A model generated the notes under the pieces. The model saw only the letters and a list, made by a program, of their open reading frames with translations, did not search any database and was not told where the DNA came from. 64,000 nucleotides of DNA from Calditrichales bacterium (lineage in GTDB: Bacteria > Calditrichota > Calditrichia > Calditrichales > J004): positions 3,264,001 to 3,328,000 of the forward strand of contig OZ254086.1 in the NCBI GenBank assembly GCA_965267575.1, in the 5' to 3' direction. Both the position numbers and the translations under genes were made by a program. This document shows positions 50,888 to 61,677 of the stretch, in pieces (positions within the stretch are counted from its first letter, which is position 1; each line of letters opens with the position of its first letter).

Positions 50888-52167
50888 ACGTACTTGTGAT
50901 CGGCTCGGGCGGCCGCGAACACGCGTTGGTCTGGAAACTGCGCCAGAGCCCCATGGCCAGGGAGATCTACTGCGCCCCGGGCAATCCGGGAACGGAGCAG
51001 ATTGCCCAAAATGTTGATATTGGCGTGGATGAACACGACAGGCTGATAGATTTTGCATTGCAGGAAAAAATCGACCTTACTGTTATCGGGCCGGAAGTAC
51101 CGCTGGTGGATGGTCTGAGCGACAAAATGCGCGACAAGGGCCTGGCGGTGTTCGGGCCGTCGCAGGCGGCGGCCCAGCTTGAGGGCAGCAAATCCTTTTC
51201 CAAGGAGCTGATGCGCACCAACAGCATCCCCACCGCATCTTACAGCACGTTTGACAAGATTGAATCGGCCAAAAGCTGGGTGCTGGCCAATCCCAAGTAC
51301 CCGGTGGTGCTAAAAGCCGACGGACTTGCGGCCGGAAAAGGCGTGCTTATCTGCAAGAACAAGGACGAGGCGCTCGAGGGCGTACAGCGCATAATGGGTG
51401 ACAAAGATTTTGGCGCTGCCGGCGACACGCTGGTTATCGAGGAATTTCTGAAAGGCGACGAAGTCTCCGTTTTTGTTATCACCGATGGCGAAAACTACCA
51501 CATACTGCCCCCTTCGCAGGACCACAAGCGCATCGGGGAAGGGGACAGCGGAGAAAATACCGGCGGCATGGGAGCCTACGCGCCGGCGCCGCTGGCCACG
51601 GACAAGCTGATGGCCGAAGTGGAAAAAGATATTATAAAGCCCACGCTCAGGGCGCTGCGAAAAATGGGACGCGGCTACCGCGGTTTACTCTATGTCGGGT
51701 TGATTGTTGCAGATGGCAAAGCACACGTGCTGGAGTACAATTGCCGTTTTGGTGATCCGGAAACGCAGGCTGTGCTGCCGCTGGTAAAAAGCGATTTGCT
51801 GCCTGTTTTCTATGCCGCCGCAACCGACAAACTTGGTCATGATGCGTTGGAAATGGAACAGTTCTGCAGTATCGATGTTGTGCTTGCTTCGGGCGGTTAT
51901 CCCGGCCGTTACCAGAAAAATAAGGTTATCGAGGGGCTGGAGGATGTGGACCAGGCGCTTGTTTTCCACGCCGGTACGCGCACAGCCGATAACCATTTGC
52001 TGACAGCCGGAGGACGCGTGCTTAACCTGGTGTCACTGGGCAGCGATTTTACCGAGTGCGCCAAAAAGGTCTATGGCGAGATATATAAAATCAACTTTGA
52101 GGGCATGTACTATCGCCGCGATATTGCCTGGAAAGTGTTAAAGCCCAAAAAGAAAACGGAATCCTGA
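50884..52167 (+). CDS. purD: Phosphoribosylamine--glycine ligase
   Basis: [33 protein letters not shown]. Confidence 0.97.
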   Translation: MNVLVIGSGGREHALVWKLRQSPMAREIYCAPGNPGTEQIAQNVDIGVDEHDRLIDFALQEKIDLTVIGPEVPLVDGLSDKMRDKGLAVFGPSQAAAQLEGSKSFSKELMRTNSIPTASYSTFDKIESAKSWVLANPKYPVVLKADGLAAGKGVLICKNKDEALEGVQRIMGDKDFGAAGDTLVIEEFLKGDEVSVFVITDGENYHILPPSQDHKRIGEGDSGENTGGMGAYAPAPLATDKLMAEVEKDIIKPTLRALRKMGRGYRGLLYVGLIVADGKAHVLEYNCRFGDPETQAVLPLVKSDLLPVFYAAATDKLGHDALEMEQFCSIDVVLASGGYPGRYQKNKVIEGLEDVDQALVFHAGTRTADNHLLTAGGRVLNLVSLGSDFTECAKKVYGEIYKINFEGMYYRRDIAWKVLKPKKKTES

Positions 52168-52979
52168 TGAAAGAATTACTGATCCGCGTGCTGGTTGCGC
52201 TTGTGGGCATACCCCTGCTTGTATTTTTGATTTGGCAGGGGGGCTGGTGGTTTTTTGGACTTATTGCCGTTATTGCCGTTATAGGTCAGTGGGAGTTTTA
52301 CCGGCTCACCCGCGCCAAAGAAAGCACGCCCCGTGAGTGGAGCGGCTACGCCTTAACCCTGTTATTGCTTTTTGCCGTTTACGCCGGCGCCATTCAGTGG
52401 GTGCTGCTGCTTATTATCGCTATTGGATTGTTTATATTCACCGCGGAAATGTTTCGGCCTTCCGGCAGTCCGCTTATCAATATCGCGGTAACCCTGACCG
52501 GCGTTATCTACCCGGGCCTTTTTCTCGCCGCGCTGATTTTTATCCGTGAAAACGCTCCGGCCATCGGTGTTTCATCGGCGGCCGCTTACATTCTTACCTT
52601 CATAATAGCAATCTGGGCTTGCGACAGCCTGGCTTATTTTGTAGGCAAAAGCCTGGGCCGGCACCGCCTGTTCGAGCGCGTATCGCCTAAAAAGAGCATT
52701 GAAGGCGCAATTGGCGGATTGCTTGGCGCCTTGCTGGTTTTCCTGGTGGCCCATTATGCCGGCTGGTATCGTATTGATCTGGGTATTGCCGTTGCCAGCG
52801 GTCTGGCCGTGGGCGTCTTTGGCCAACTCGGCGATCTTGTCGAATCCTGGTTTAAGCGGGACGCCGCCATCAAGGATTCGTCTTCGCTGATTCCCGGTCA
52901 CGGCGGGATACTGGATCGCTTCGACAGCTTGATTTTTCTCTCACCTTTTTTAATGATCATTTATCTTTTGTGGAGTTAA
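52167..52979 (+). CDS. cdsA: Phosphatidate cytidylyltransferase
   Basis: SPKKSIEG, GDLVES.FKR..KDS..PGHGG.LDRFD. Confidence 0.95.
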   Translation: MKELLIRVLVALVGIPLLVFLIWQGGWWFFGLIAVIAVIGQWEFYRLTRAKESTPREWSGYALTLLLLFAVYAGAIQWVLLLIIAIGLFIFTAEMFRPSGSPLINIAVTLTGVIYPGLFLAALIFIRENAPAIGVSSAAAYILTFIIAIWACDSLAYFVGKSLGRHRLFERVSPKKSIEGAIGGLLGALLVFLVAHYAGWYRIDLGIAVASGLAVGVFGQLGDLVESWFKRDAAIKDSSSLIPGHGGILDRFDSLIFLSPFLMIIYLLWS

Positions 52980-52986
52980 TGCAGGG

Positions 52987-54564
52987 ATGCGTAAAAGTGT
53001 TGTTTTTATTCTCTTTTTTCTCGCCGCCATATCTCTTTGGTGGTGTTCACGAAACGCGGAAAATAAAGCTTTTGATGACAGAAAGGGTGGCAGCGTCATC
53101 ATTGCTTTGCAGGGCGCTCCGGAAAACCTCTTTCCGCTCAGTATCCGCGAGTATGATTCTTACGAGATCAGCCGCCATTTGCTGAACCCGGCGCTCACCT
53201 TAACGGACAACAACGGCGCCGTGCAGCCCGTGCTTGCCCGCGCCTGGCAAACCGACAGCGAAACAGCAACCATTACCTATTTTATCGATCCCGACCGAAG
53301 GTGGAGCGACGGCCGGCCGCTAACCGCCTACGATGTTCGGGAAACGTTTAACTTTATCCGGTCAAACCGTGACAAAGTCAGCCCGAGTTTAAGGCTGGAT
53401 ATAGTGGACAGCGTTGAGGTGCGTGACTCGCTTTCGGTGCGTTTCTACCTCGACCGGGTCATCAGCGATCCCGCATTAATAACCCGTTTCCCCTTATTGC
53501 CTGCCCACAAAATTGAGGGCATAAGATGGGAAGACCTGGAAAGCGGCTTCCACGATAATTTTGTCGGTTGCGGACCATACCTGCTGGCCTCATATACCGA
53601 AAGCCGTGTGGTGCTGAAGCGCAACCCCTTCTATGATCCGCAGGTGGCACCGGACTCCCTTATATTCCGTTTTTACGCCGAAGGTGACACGCTGGCCCGA
53701 TGGATAAATAACCGCGAACCCGATCTGGTACCGGACGTAGCCCATTATCTGCTGCGAACGGTACGCCAAAATGATTATTACCAGATCGAACCTTCTGTAG
53801 AACGGGGCTTTACTTTCCTGGGCTGGAACCTGGAACACCCGGTTTTAAAAGACAGGCGTGTGCGTCGCGCGCTGAGTATGGCCATAGACCGCCAGACGAT
53901 AACGGACGGTGTGATGTCCGGCTACGCGCAGGTTCAGGATGTGCCGTCCTATCCGGAATTCTGGGCCTACTCGCCGCTAACATTTTTCCCATATGATCCC
54001 GTGCGCAGCCGCGCCATGCTCGATTCCAGCAACATTGCCGTTCAGGATGATGTGCGCCGTTCCGCGGGCAAAATGTTGCTCCAACCTTCTATCCTGGTTA
54101 ACGCGGAAAATCCGTTGCGCATCTCCATCGCCCAGAATATTGCCAATTACTGGCAGGCCCTGGGGCTAAACGCCGGCGTGGAAATTGTACCCTGGCAGCA
54201 AATGCTTCAGCGCCTGCGCAACGGCACCTTTGATGTGGCTCTGATCTCCTGGGTGGCCGATGATGTTTTTAATCCCACGGAGCTGTTCCACTCGGAAAGC
54301 ATAACCACGGATAACAACTTTATGCGTTATAGCAGCGACTCTGTTGATACTTACCTGATGAATGCACTCACCCATCCGCAGCGTGATGAGCGGCGCCGCA
54401 ACTGGCAGGCTTTTCAGCGCAAGATCGCCCAAGACATCCCCGTTACGGTAATGTTTAATAAACGCCAGATTAACCTGGTCTCCAGGCGCCTGAAAGATGT
54501 GCGAATTAACAGCCGGGGATATTTAATCAACGCTAAAGAGTGGTGGCTGGATGGACGAAGATAG
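52987..54564 (+). CDS. ABC solute-binding lipoprotein, family 5 (peptide/nickel)
   Basis: P.LA..W, WSDG.PLTA.DV, GCGPY, D.RVRRALSMAIDR. Confidence 0.85.
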   Translation: MRKSVVFILFFLAAISLWWCSRNAENKAFDDRKGGSVIIALQGAPENLFPLSIREYDSYEISRHLLNPALTLTDNNGAVQPVLARAWQTDSETATITYFIDPDRRWSDGRPLTAYDVRETFNFIRSNRDKVSPSLRLDIVDSVEVRDSLSVRFYLDRVISDPALITRFPLLPAHKIEGIRWEDLESGFHDNFVGCGPYLLASYTESRVVLKRNPFYDPQVAPDSLIFRFYAEGDTLARWINNREPDLVPDVAHYLLRTVRQNDYYQIEPSVERGFTFLGWNLEHPVLKDRRVRRALSMAIDRQTITDGVMSGYAQVQDVPSYPEFWAYSPLTFFPYDPVRSRAMLDSSNIAVQDDVRRSAGKMLLQPSILVNAENPLRISIAQNIANYWQALGLNAGVEIVPWQQMLQRLRNGTFDVALISWVADDVFNPTELFHSESITTDNNFMRYSSDSVDTYLMNALTHPQRDERRRNWQAFQRKIAQDIPVTVMFNKRQINLVSRRLKDVRINSRGYLINAKEWWLDGRR

Positions 54565-54597
54565 AGTCCTTATTTAATAAAGAGCAGGAGTATTCTT

Positions 54598-55689
54598 TTG
54601 GCTTCCAAAAATGTATTAGTCGTTGATGATGAAGAAGATTTGACCTGGTCCATCGCCAAGCATCTTTCCAAAGATAAAGAGCGCTATGACCTGTACACGG
54701 TAAATAGCGGCGCCGATGCCCTGTTGAAGCTTCAGGAGACCGATATTGACCTCGTGGTTACCGACATTCGCATGCCCGAAATATCCGGTCTGGACCTGCT
54801 GATGAAAGTACGTGAGTTTTATCCCCAGACAAAAGTGATCATAATGACCGCTTACGGCTCTTCGGAAATCCAGGAAGAAGCCAACAAACGCGGTTGCTTT
54901 AAATATATAGAAAAGCCTTTTGAGATTAGCCAGCTGCGCCAGATGATACTGGACGGCGTTGAGGAAAAACGCGGTTTTGAAGGCCGCATCTCCGACTTCC
55001 AGCTCAGCGATCTGATCCAGATGAATTGTCTTGGCCGCCTGACCAATGCCATCACCGTACAAACCAATGAAAAATCCGGCATCATCTTTTTTGAGGACGG
55101 CAATATTGTTCATGCGCAGGTGGGCAAAGATGTGGGCGAAGAAGCATTTTATGAAATCATCTCCTGGGAGGGGGGACGCTTTGAGATCCGCCGTGGCGCC
55201 AAAGCCGACCAGGAATCGATCATAAAGGGCTGGCAGAGCTTGGTGCTGGAAGGCATGCGCCGCGCCGATGAGTCCAGGCGCAAGGCCCGGGAAAAAAGCG
55301 CCAATGCCGTTAAGATGCGTCCGGAGCGCATTAAAAAGCTGCTGGATGAATTTGTGCATACAAAAGGTGTGCGCATACTGGTCTTTTTTACTAATGACGT
55401 GAAACCGCTTGTTACAGTGGCGGGTAACGATTTTGAAGATCGCTACGACACGCAGGAACTTACCGCCGAGGTTAACAACCTGTTGCAGCAGGAAAAGGGC
55501 CTGGCACGCAGCGCCGCCATGAGCATTAAAAAAGAGATGACCGTTGAATACGCCGAAGGCGTTATAAAGCTGACCTGGCTGCCGGGTAAAAAAGGCTTTC
55601 TGCTGCTAATTGCCGACCAGACCTCAAACTTCGGACTGTTGCGCATCGAAACCAAGAAATACCTGAAAGCGCTGACAGAAATCCTCTGA
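54598..55689 (+). CDS. Response regulator: REC + DUF4388/PATAN + Roadblock-like C-terminus
   Basis: VVDDE, TDIRMP, MTAY, EKPF; G.I.DF.L.DL.Q..G.I.F..G...HA..GEEA..W..G.F; C-terminal NFGLLRIE. Confidence 0.82.
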   Translation: MASKNVLVVDDEEDLTWSIAKHLSKDKERYDLYTVNSGADALLKLQETDIDLVVTDIRMPEISGLDLLMKVREFYPQTKVIIMTAYGSSEIQEEANKRGCFKYIEKPFEISQLRQMILDGVEEKRGFEGRISDFQLSDLIQMNCLGRLTNAITVQTNEKSGIIFFEDGNIVHAQVGKDVGEEAFYEIISWEGGRFEIRRGAKADQESIIKGWQSLVLEGMRRADESRRKAREKSANAVKMRPERIKKLLDEFVHTKGVRILVFFTNDVKPLVTVAGNDFEDRYDTQELTAEVNNLLQQEKGLARSAAMSIKKEMTVEYAEGVIKLTWLPGKKGFLLLIADQTSNFGLLRIETKKYLKALTEIL

Positions 55690-57026
55690 TGTTTTCCGAG
55701 CGGCGCTTTGGGCGATTGTTTGGCTGCAGGCGGGATGATTTTTCGGGGCTGGCCGCCCGCATCTTTTCAAAAGACGCGCTGTTCACCGATGCTTTTGCCG
55801 AAAACACCTCCCGTCTTGAAATAGATTACCAGAACGGTCTGTTCCATTCGCCGCGGCTGAAACATGACCACGGTTTCGCGCTGCGCCGCGTTTTAAAGGG
55901 CAGACAGGATTTCCGCCGTGCCGCAGATCTTTCCGAACTCATTTCTCCGATTGATTATACCAGGCCCTCTTTTAAATCAGAATTTCCTGTAAATAAAATA
56001 AAGCGGCTTTTGTCCGCGGCAGAGAGCCGTCTCTTTAAGGGCACTGCTCAGGTCGAGGGTCTCTCCATGCGCTGGCAGGAAGAGATACGTATTACGGCTA
56101 TTGCAAGAGAAGATAAATCGCTCTATTGTAAGACAGAATATATTGCCACCTGGGACGCCGTTGTTAGCATCTACCGGCATGAACGCTGCTTTAAGGGACG
56201 GGTTGCCAGTTCCTGGTTTAACGGCAGGCTCCCCGCCGCCGGCGAACTTGATGACCTTCTGCAAAAAGCTATCAATAGGGCGGAGAAGGCTTCCGCGGCT
56301 AGTGATATGCAGGGGACGCGACATAACATCCTTTTTGCGCCCGGCGAACCGGCCATTGTCTTTCACGAACTGCTGGGCCATGCCCTGGAAGCGGATTATG
56401 TGCGGCAGGGTACATCGCCCTTTCGTGATGCGATCGGCAAACAGATTTGCCATGAATCGGCGACCTTTGCAGACGCGCCGCCCCCGTGGCTGGAAAAAGA
56501 AGCGGTGGATGACGAAGGTACACCCTGCCAGGAAACTATTCTTGTGGAAAAAGGCATTCTGAAAGCATTTCTTGCGGACAGGGCCACGGCTATGGCGATG
56601 GGTATTTCTCCCGGCGGCAATGGTCGTCGTGCCGGTTGGCGTAACCCGCCATTAACACGGATGTACTTCACGAAGGCCCATTTGGCATACAGCGATCCGC
56701 AGGGATATGGCGATCTGCCCGAACATTTCTTATATGTCGATGAAATAGCGGACGCTTCCGTTGACACGGCGACAGCTACGATTGAGCTTTTCCTCCCGCT
56801 GGTGACCAAATACATTAAAGGGCGCTCCGCCGAAATTTATCACGGCCCCTTGAAAATATCCTGGGACATTAACGAGGCCCTGGCCAGCATGCGTCTAATG
56901 GCTGATGATTACTGCTCCGCAGCCGCCGTAAGTACCTGTATTAAAGACGATCAGAAAGTAGACGTTGCGGCGGGACAGTGTTCTGCATTATTTTACGATA
57001 TGCCTGTTGCCCCCGCGCATATTTGA
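55689..57026 (+). CDS. TldD/PmbA-family metalloprotease (TldD-type)
   Basis: HELLGH.LEAD, DDEG.P, GNGRR..P..RM, C-terminal CIKDDQ. Confidence 0.8.
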   Translation: MFSERRFGRLFGCRRDDFSGLAARIFSKDALFTDAFAENTSRLEIDYQNGLFHSPRLKHDHGFALRRVLKGRQDFRRAADLSELISPIDYTRPSFKSEFPVNKIKRLLSAAESRLFKGTAQVEGLSMRWQEEIRITAIAREDKSLYCKTEYIATWDAVVSIYRHERCFKGRVASSWFNGRLPAAGELDDLLQKAINRAEKASAASDMQGTRHNILFAPGEPAIVFHELLGHALEADYVRQGTSPFRDAIGKQICHESATFADAPPPWLEKEAVDDEGTPCQETILVEKGILKAFLADRATAMAMGISPGGNGRRAGWRNPPLTRMYFTKAHLAYSDPQGYGDLPEHFLYVDEIADASVDTATATIELFLPLVTKYIKGRSAEIYHGPLKISWDINEALASMRLMADDYCSAAAVSTCIKDDQKVDVAAGQCSALFYDMPVAPAHI

Positions 57027-57075
57027 TTTTATGCCTGCAGGCCTGACTAAAACACCAAATTTCGGGAGGTGGGCT

Positions 57076-57711
57076 ATGCGTTATATTCTGCTTATTATTC
57101 TTGTTGTTATTCTTGGTATAGTAGGATTTATGCTTTATATGGGCCAGCAGGTAAGTGAATTGCCGGAAGAGGCTACCAGGCTCAAACCTCTCAATTTTGA
57201 AAATGCCTCTCAAAAAAGCATAGAGCTTGAGGATCGTGTTACGCGGGACTTGAGGGACAGCGGCAGAGCTGAGCTTAGCAGCGAAGAACTGGAAACGCTG
57301 ATTTATGGATTTCTTGAGCGTGAGAGCAACGTAAGCGCCGCCGAAATCGTTAGTGGCAGCCGTATCTTTATGCGCGGCAACAGGCTGAAAATTGAAGCGG
57401 TTGCAAATATTAATAAGATCGCGACGGACAACCTTCCGTTTGATGCCGTACCGCTTTATGAAATCGCCCGCGACTTTGTCTCAAACAGCAGCCTTAACCA
57501 AGTCTATTTTTCTATTGACGGTGTTCCGCACTTTGAAAATGGCAGCATCACATTTACAGACGAAGCCATTTTGCGTATAGGCAGCCTGCAATACCGGACA
57601 GACCAATCGACGGATAACCGGGCGTTTATTATTAACAGCGACGATTTGGTGAAATTGAATGTAACCGATCTTTACGTGGAAAACGGCAAGCTGATTTTAA
57701 GCTCAAAGTAA
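57076..57711 (+). CDS. Hypothetical membrane-anchored protein
   Basis: GGAGG RBS, N-terminal TM helix; no family recognised. Confidence 0.65.
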   Translation: MRYILLIILVVILGIVGFMLYMGQQVSELPEEATRLKPLNFENASQKSIELEDRVTRDLRDSGRAELSSEELETLIYGFLERESNVSAAEIVSGSRIFMRGNRLKIEAVANINKIATDNLPFDAVPLYEIARDFVSNSSLNQVYFSIDGVPHFENGSITFTDEAILRIGSLQYRTDQSTDNRAFIINSDDLVKLNVTDLYVENGKLILSSK

Positions 57712-57776
57712 TAAGAAAAAGCTTTGTTTAGGAAAATCAGTGTCCGTAGATTATTTAAAAAACATTAAAGGGAATC

Positions 57777-58481
57777 ATGTCCGAAGCCCCGTCCAGAAAT
57801 CTGCGAATAACCGATTGGCCGGAAGACGAACGGCCGCGCGAAAAACTGATGCGCTACGGGGCAGAAACCCTCACCAATGCCGAACTTGTGGCCATCCTTT
57901 TGGGGAAGGGCACAACCACCTACAACGCGCTGGATACGGCGCGTATGCTTCTGCGTGCGTTTGATTCGCTGGAAACGCTGGCCTCCGCCTCCTATATTGA
58001 AATGCAAAAGGTGCCGGGAATCGGTCCGGTAAAAGCCGTAACGCTTCTGGCGGCCTTCCAGTTGTTCCGCAATCTGCAAAGCCAGCAGGCCGGACGCGAG
58101 ATCATCCGTTTTACGGACCCCTCCAGTGTTGCCGGCATCTACATGCCCCTGTTGGGTCACCGGAAGAAAGAAAGTTTTTACATGGTTATGCTGAATGCGG
58201 CCATGCAGAAGATTGCCGATTTGGAGATCTCGCGCGGCACGCTTACGGCATCTCTTGTTCATCCCAGAGAAGTTTTTAAGGAAGCCATCCGCCACAGCGC
58301 CAGTGGCATTATCGTTTTACATAACCATCCTTCAGGGGTTTTACAGCCCTCGGAACAGGATAAGCGTATAACGGAGAAGCTGGTTCGTGCAGGCGAGCTT
58401 CTGGAAATTCCCGTTCACGACCACCTGATTATAACAACGGGTGGCTATTACAGTTTTCGTGAACATAACCTGATCAGCTAA
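57777..58481 (+). CDS. radC: RadC / JAB-domain protein
   Basis: PREKL, GIGPVKA, VHPREVF, HNHPSG, HDHLII. Confidence 0.93.
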   Translation: MSEAPSRNLRITDWPEDERPREKLMRYGAETLTNAELVAILLGKGTTTYNALDTARMLLRAFDSLETLASASYIEMQKVPGIGPVKAVTLLAAFQLFRNLQSQQAGREIIRFTDPSSVAGIYMPLLGHRKKESFYMVMLNAAMQKIADLEISRGTLTASLVHPREVFKEAIRHSASGIIVLHNHPSGVLQPSEQDKRITEKLVRAGELLEIPVHDHLIITTGGYYSFREHNLIS

Positions 58482-58503
58482 ATGATTGTCTAAAGGAGTA
58501 GAA

Positions 58504-60054
58504 ATGACTCGTAAAGAGCAATTTAAGCATCTTGATAAACTGCGTGCCGAAGCCAGGCTTGGCGGTGGCGAAAAACGCATTGAAGCACAACACGCCAAAG
58601 GCAAATTAACAGCCAGGGAGAGAATCGATTTTTTATTGGATGAAGGCTCCTTCGTTGAAATGGACATGTTGGTGCGGCATCGCTCGCGTGATTTCGGGCT
58701 CGATAAAAACCGTCCATTGGGAGATGGTGTTGTTACGGGCTACGGCTATATAGAAGGGCGCCTTGTATTTGTTTTTTCTCAGGATTTTACCGTATTCGGC
58801 GGATCGCTGTCTGAGACATTCGCCGAAAAGATTATTAAAATTATGGACCAGGCCATGAAGGTTGGCGCACCGGTTATCGGGCTAAACGACTCCGGCGGCG
58901 CGCGCATACAGGAAGGTGTGGTAAGTTTGGGCGGCTATGCCGAAATCTTTCTGCGCAATACAATGGCATCGGGTGTTGTACCGCAGATTTCCGCCATTAT
59001 GGGGCCATGCGCCGGCGGCGCCGTGTACTCTCCCGCTATTACGGATTTTACGGTAATGGTGCGCAATACCAGCTACATGTTTGTAACAGGACCCAACGTG
59101 GTTAAAACGGTTACGCACGAAGAGGTAACCGCCGAAGACCTGGGTGGCGCGGATACGCATGCTTCCAAAAGCGGCGTAAGCCATGTAACATGTGACAGCG
59201 ATGTGGAGTGTCTGCAGGAAATCAGAAAAATGATTTCCTATATGCCGTCCAACAACGCCGAAGATCCGCCGCGCATTAAAACGGGCGATAATCCTGACCG
59301 CACGGACGAAAAGCTGGACACGATTGTGCCGGAAAACCCAAATCAGCCATATGATATTAAAGAGATCATAAACCGTGTGGCGGATAAGGACAGCTTCTTT
59401 GAAATTCACGATCAGTATGCCATGAATATTGTGGTTGGTTTTGCCAGGCTGGACGGCTATTCCGTCGGCATTATCGCCAACCAGCCTAACCACCTCGCCG
59501 GTGTCCTCGATATCGACGCTTCCAAAAAAGCAGCACGATTTGTCCGCTTCTGCGATGCGTTCAATATCCCGCTGGTCACCTTTGTGGATGTGCCCGGTTT
59601 TCTTCCCGGCACCAACCAGGAGTGGAACGGCATTATCACCAACGGGGCCAAGCTGCTTTACGCCTATTCTGAGGCAACGGTGCCCAAGGTGACTGTTATT
59701 ACGCGCAAGGCCTATGGCGGCGCTTACGACGTTATGAGCAGCAAGCACCTGCGGGGTGACATCAATTTTGCCTGGCCTTCCGCCGAAATCGCGGTGATGG
59801 GCCCGAAGGGTGCTGCTGAGATTATTTTTAAACGCGAGATCGCCGACGCCGAAAAACCGGAAGAAATGCTGGCCAAAAAAGAAGCGGAATACCGCGAGAA
59901 ATTTGCTAACCCCTATTTGGCGGCAGAACGCGGCTATATCGATGAGGTGATCATTCCACGCAATACCAGGCTGCGTATTTTACAAGCCCTGCGTATGCTG
60001 GAAAACAAGGTGGATAACAATCCGCCGCGCAAGCATGGTAATATTCCTTTGTAA
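58504..60054 (+). CDS. pccB: Acyl-CoA carboxylase beta subunit (propionyl-CoA carboxylase / methylmalonyl-CoA decarboxylase type)
   Basis: [41 protein letters not shown]. Confidence 0.9.
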   Translation: MTRKEQFKHLDKLRAEARLGGGEKRIEAQHAKGKLTARERIDFLLDEGSFVEMDMLVRHRSRDFGLDKNRPLGDGVVTGYGYIEGRLVFVFSQDFTVFGGSLSETFAEKIIKIMDQAMKVGAPVIGLNDSGGARIQEGVVSLGGYAEIFLRNTMASGVVPQISAIMGPCAGGAVYSPAITDFTVMVRNTSYMFVTGPNVVKTVTHEEVTAEDLGGADTHASKSGVSHVTCDSDVECLQEIRKMISYMPSNNAEDPPRIKTGDNPDRTDEKLDTIVPENPNQPYDIKEIINRVADKDSFFEIHDQYAMNIVVGFARLDGYSVGIIANQPNHLAGVLDIDASKKAARFVRFCDAFNIPLVTFVDVPGFLPGTNQEWNGIITNGAKLLYAYSEATVPKVTVITRKAYGGAYDVMSSKHLRGDINFAWPSAEIAVMGPKGAAEIIFKREIADAEKPEEMLAKKEAEYREKFANPYLAAERGYIDEVIIPRNTRLRILQALRMLENKVDNNPPRKHGNIPL

Positions 60055-60098
60055 TTATTTGAAATTTATTTTCCTATAGCGGATATTCTGACGCGTCT

Positions 60099-60131
60099 AC
60101 CCGGCTCGGTTTAAGGGCCGGGTTTTCTTTT
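60099..60131 (+). terminator. Probable Rho-independent terminator
   Basis: ACCCGGCTC..GGGCCGGGT then TTTTCTTTT. Confidence 0.65.
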
Positions 60132-60161
60132 ACCTGTGTATTTCAAAATTGAGGGGATGAG

Positions 60162-60743
60162 ATGGCAATAAAATCCGATGGATGGATCAGAAAAATGGCC
60201 GTTGAAAAAAAGATGATCGAACCGTTTGTAGAGCATACGGGCGGCGACAAGATCAGTTACGGTCTTTCCAGCTACGGTTATGATTTTCGCGTTGCGGATG
60301 AATATAAAATTTTTACCAATATCAACAACGCTCTTGTTGACCCCAAGGCTTTCGCGGAAAACTCATTTATCGATTTTAAGGGCGACTCCTGCATCATACC
60401 ACCCAACAGCTTTGCACTGGCGCGAACGGTAGAATATTTCCGGATTCCGCGCAATGTCCTTGCGATATGCGTCGGTAAATCCACCTACGCCCGTTGCGGC
60501 ATTATCATCAACGTAACTCCGCTGGAACCGGAATGGGAAGGGCATCTGGTCATAGAGATCTCCAACACAACGCCATTGCCTTCAAAGATTTACAGCAATG
60601 AAGGCCTGGGCCAGCTTCTTTTTTACGAAAGCGATGAGCCCTGTGAAATCAGTTATGCCGATCGCAAAGGGAAATACCAATTCCAGGATGGAATAGAATT
60701 ACCCAAAGTGGAGGATCAGGCCCGGGGCAAGTTTGGCCGATGA
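60162..60743 (+). CDS. dcd: dCTP deaminase
   Basis: [32 protein letters not shown]. Confidence 0.95.
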   Translation: MAIKSDGWIRKMAVEKKMIEPFVEHTGGDKISYGLSSYGYDFRVADEYKIFTNINNALVDPKAFAENSFIDFKGDSCIIPPNSFALARTVEYFRIPRNVLAICVGKSTYARCGIIINVTPLEPEWEGHLVIEISNTTPLPSKIYSNEGLGQLLFYESDEPCEISYADRKGKYQFQDGIELPKVEDQARGKFGR

Positions 60744-61594
60744 CACTATTCCGAGACAGCACGAGCCGCACACTGGCCTGGGTGATGGCCGGCTACTCCC
60801 TGCTGATGCTGGTTTTTCTTACAGGCTGGTTCAGCGCGATCAAGAATCCGCTGATATGGATATTTTTTCACCTTGCCGTAATCGCCTATTTCGCCATAGA
60901 CAAGCCCGGCTGGTACAATAAAAGCAAATGGTGGAGCCCGCTGCTGATTATCCCCCTTTGCTTTACGGAGCTGCATTACCTCGTGCATACCGTTCATCCG
61001 ATCGATTACGATGCTGAGCTCATAGCTATCGACTACCGGATATTTGGCGTGCATCCAACTGTTTGGCTGGAACGTTTTACCTGGCCCTGGCTCACAGAGC
61101 TTTTGCAGGTCGTTTATTCCACATTTTACTTTTTGCCGATAGGCCTGGCCGTTATCCTGTTGAAAAACGGGGAGGATGAGAAATTCCGCTTCCTGATCTT
61201 CCAGATCACCTATGGTTTTTTTCTTTCCTATATAGGTTATTTTATGGTTCCGGCGGTAGGGCCGCGTTTTACCCTGGACCATCTGCAGACTTTTCCGCTT
61301 GAAGGTTTATGGCTTACGGCGGCCATCCGCGATACACTTAATGCCCTGGAGAACATTCAGCGCGACGCCTTTCCCAGCGGCCATACGGCGATGACCCTTC
61401 TTGTGCTCTATTATGCCGGGCGCTATCACAAAAAATACTTTCTGTTTATGCTGCCCGTATCGATCCTGATGGTCTATTCTACCGTTTACCTGCGCTACCA
61501 TTACGTGATAGATATAGTCGCCGGTGTGGTTTTGTTGGGGCTGATCATCTGGAGCGGCGATCGTTTGTACGGGTGGATAAAAAAGCGCGAATAG
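60740..61594 (+). CDS. PAP2/AUR1-like membrane phosphatase or phosphotransferase
   Basis: PAVGPR, FPSGH, YHYVID. Confidence 0.85.
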   Translation: MTLFRDSTSRTLAWVMAGYSLLMLVFLTGWFSAIKNPLIWIFFHLAVIAYFAIDKPGWYNKSKWWSPLLIIPLCFTELHYLVHTVHPIDYDAELIAIDYRIFGVHPTVWLERFTWPWLTELLQVVYSTFYFLPIGLAVILLKNGEDEKFRFLIFQITYGFFLSYIGYFMVPAVGPRFTLDHLQTFPLEGLWLTAAIRDTLNALENIQRDAFPSGHTAMTLLVLYYAGRYHKKYFLFMLPVSILMVYSTVYLRYHYVIDIVAGVVLLGLIIWSGDRLYGWIKKRE

Positions 61595-61677
61595 GCCTGT
61601 ATCTTTTCCCGATTATGGCAATCAAATAAACCTTAAATAATTTCAATTCGCTTATTTACGAAGAAAGGATAATTGCC

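Noticed and set aside
57777..58481. radC as a marker of a mobile element
   Set aside because: Full-length chromosomal type with N-terminal HhH among housekeeping genes; no integrase or att sites seen
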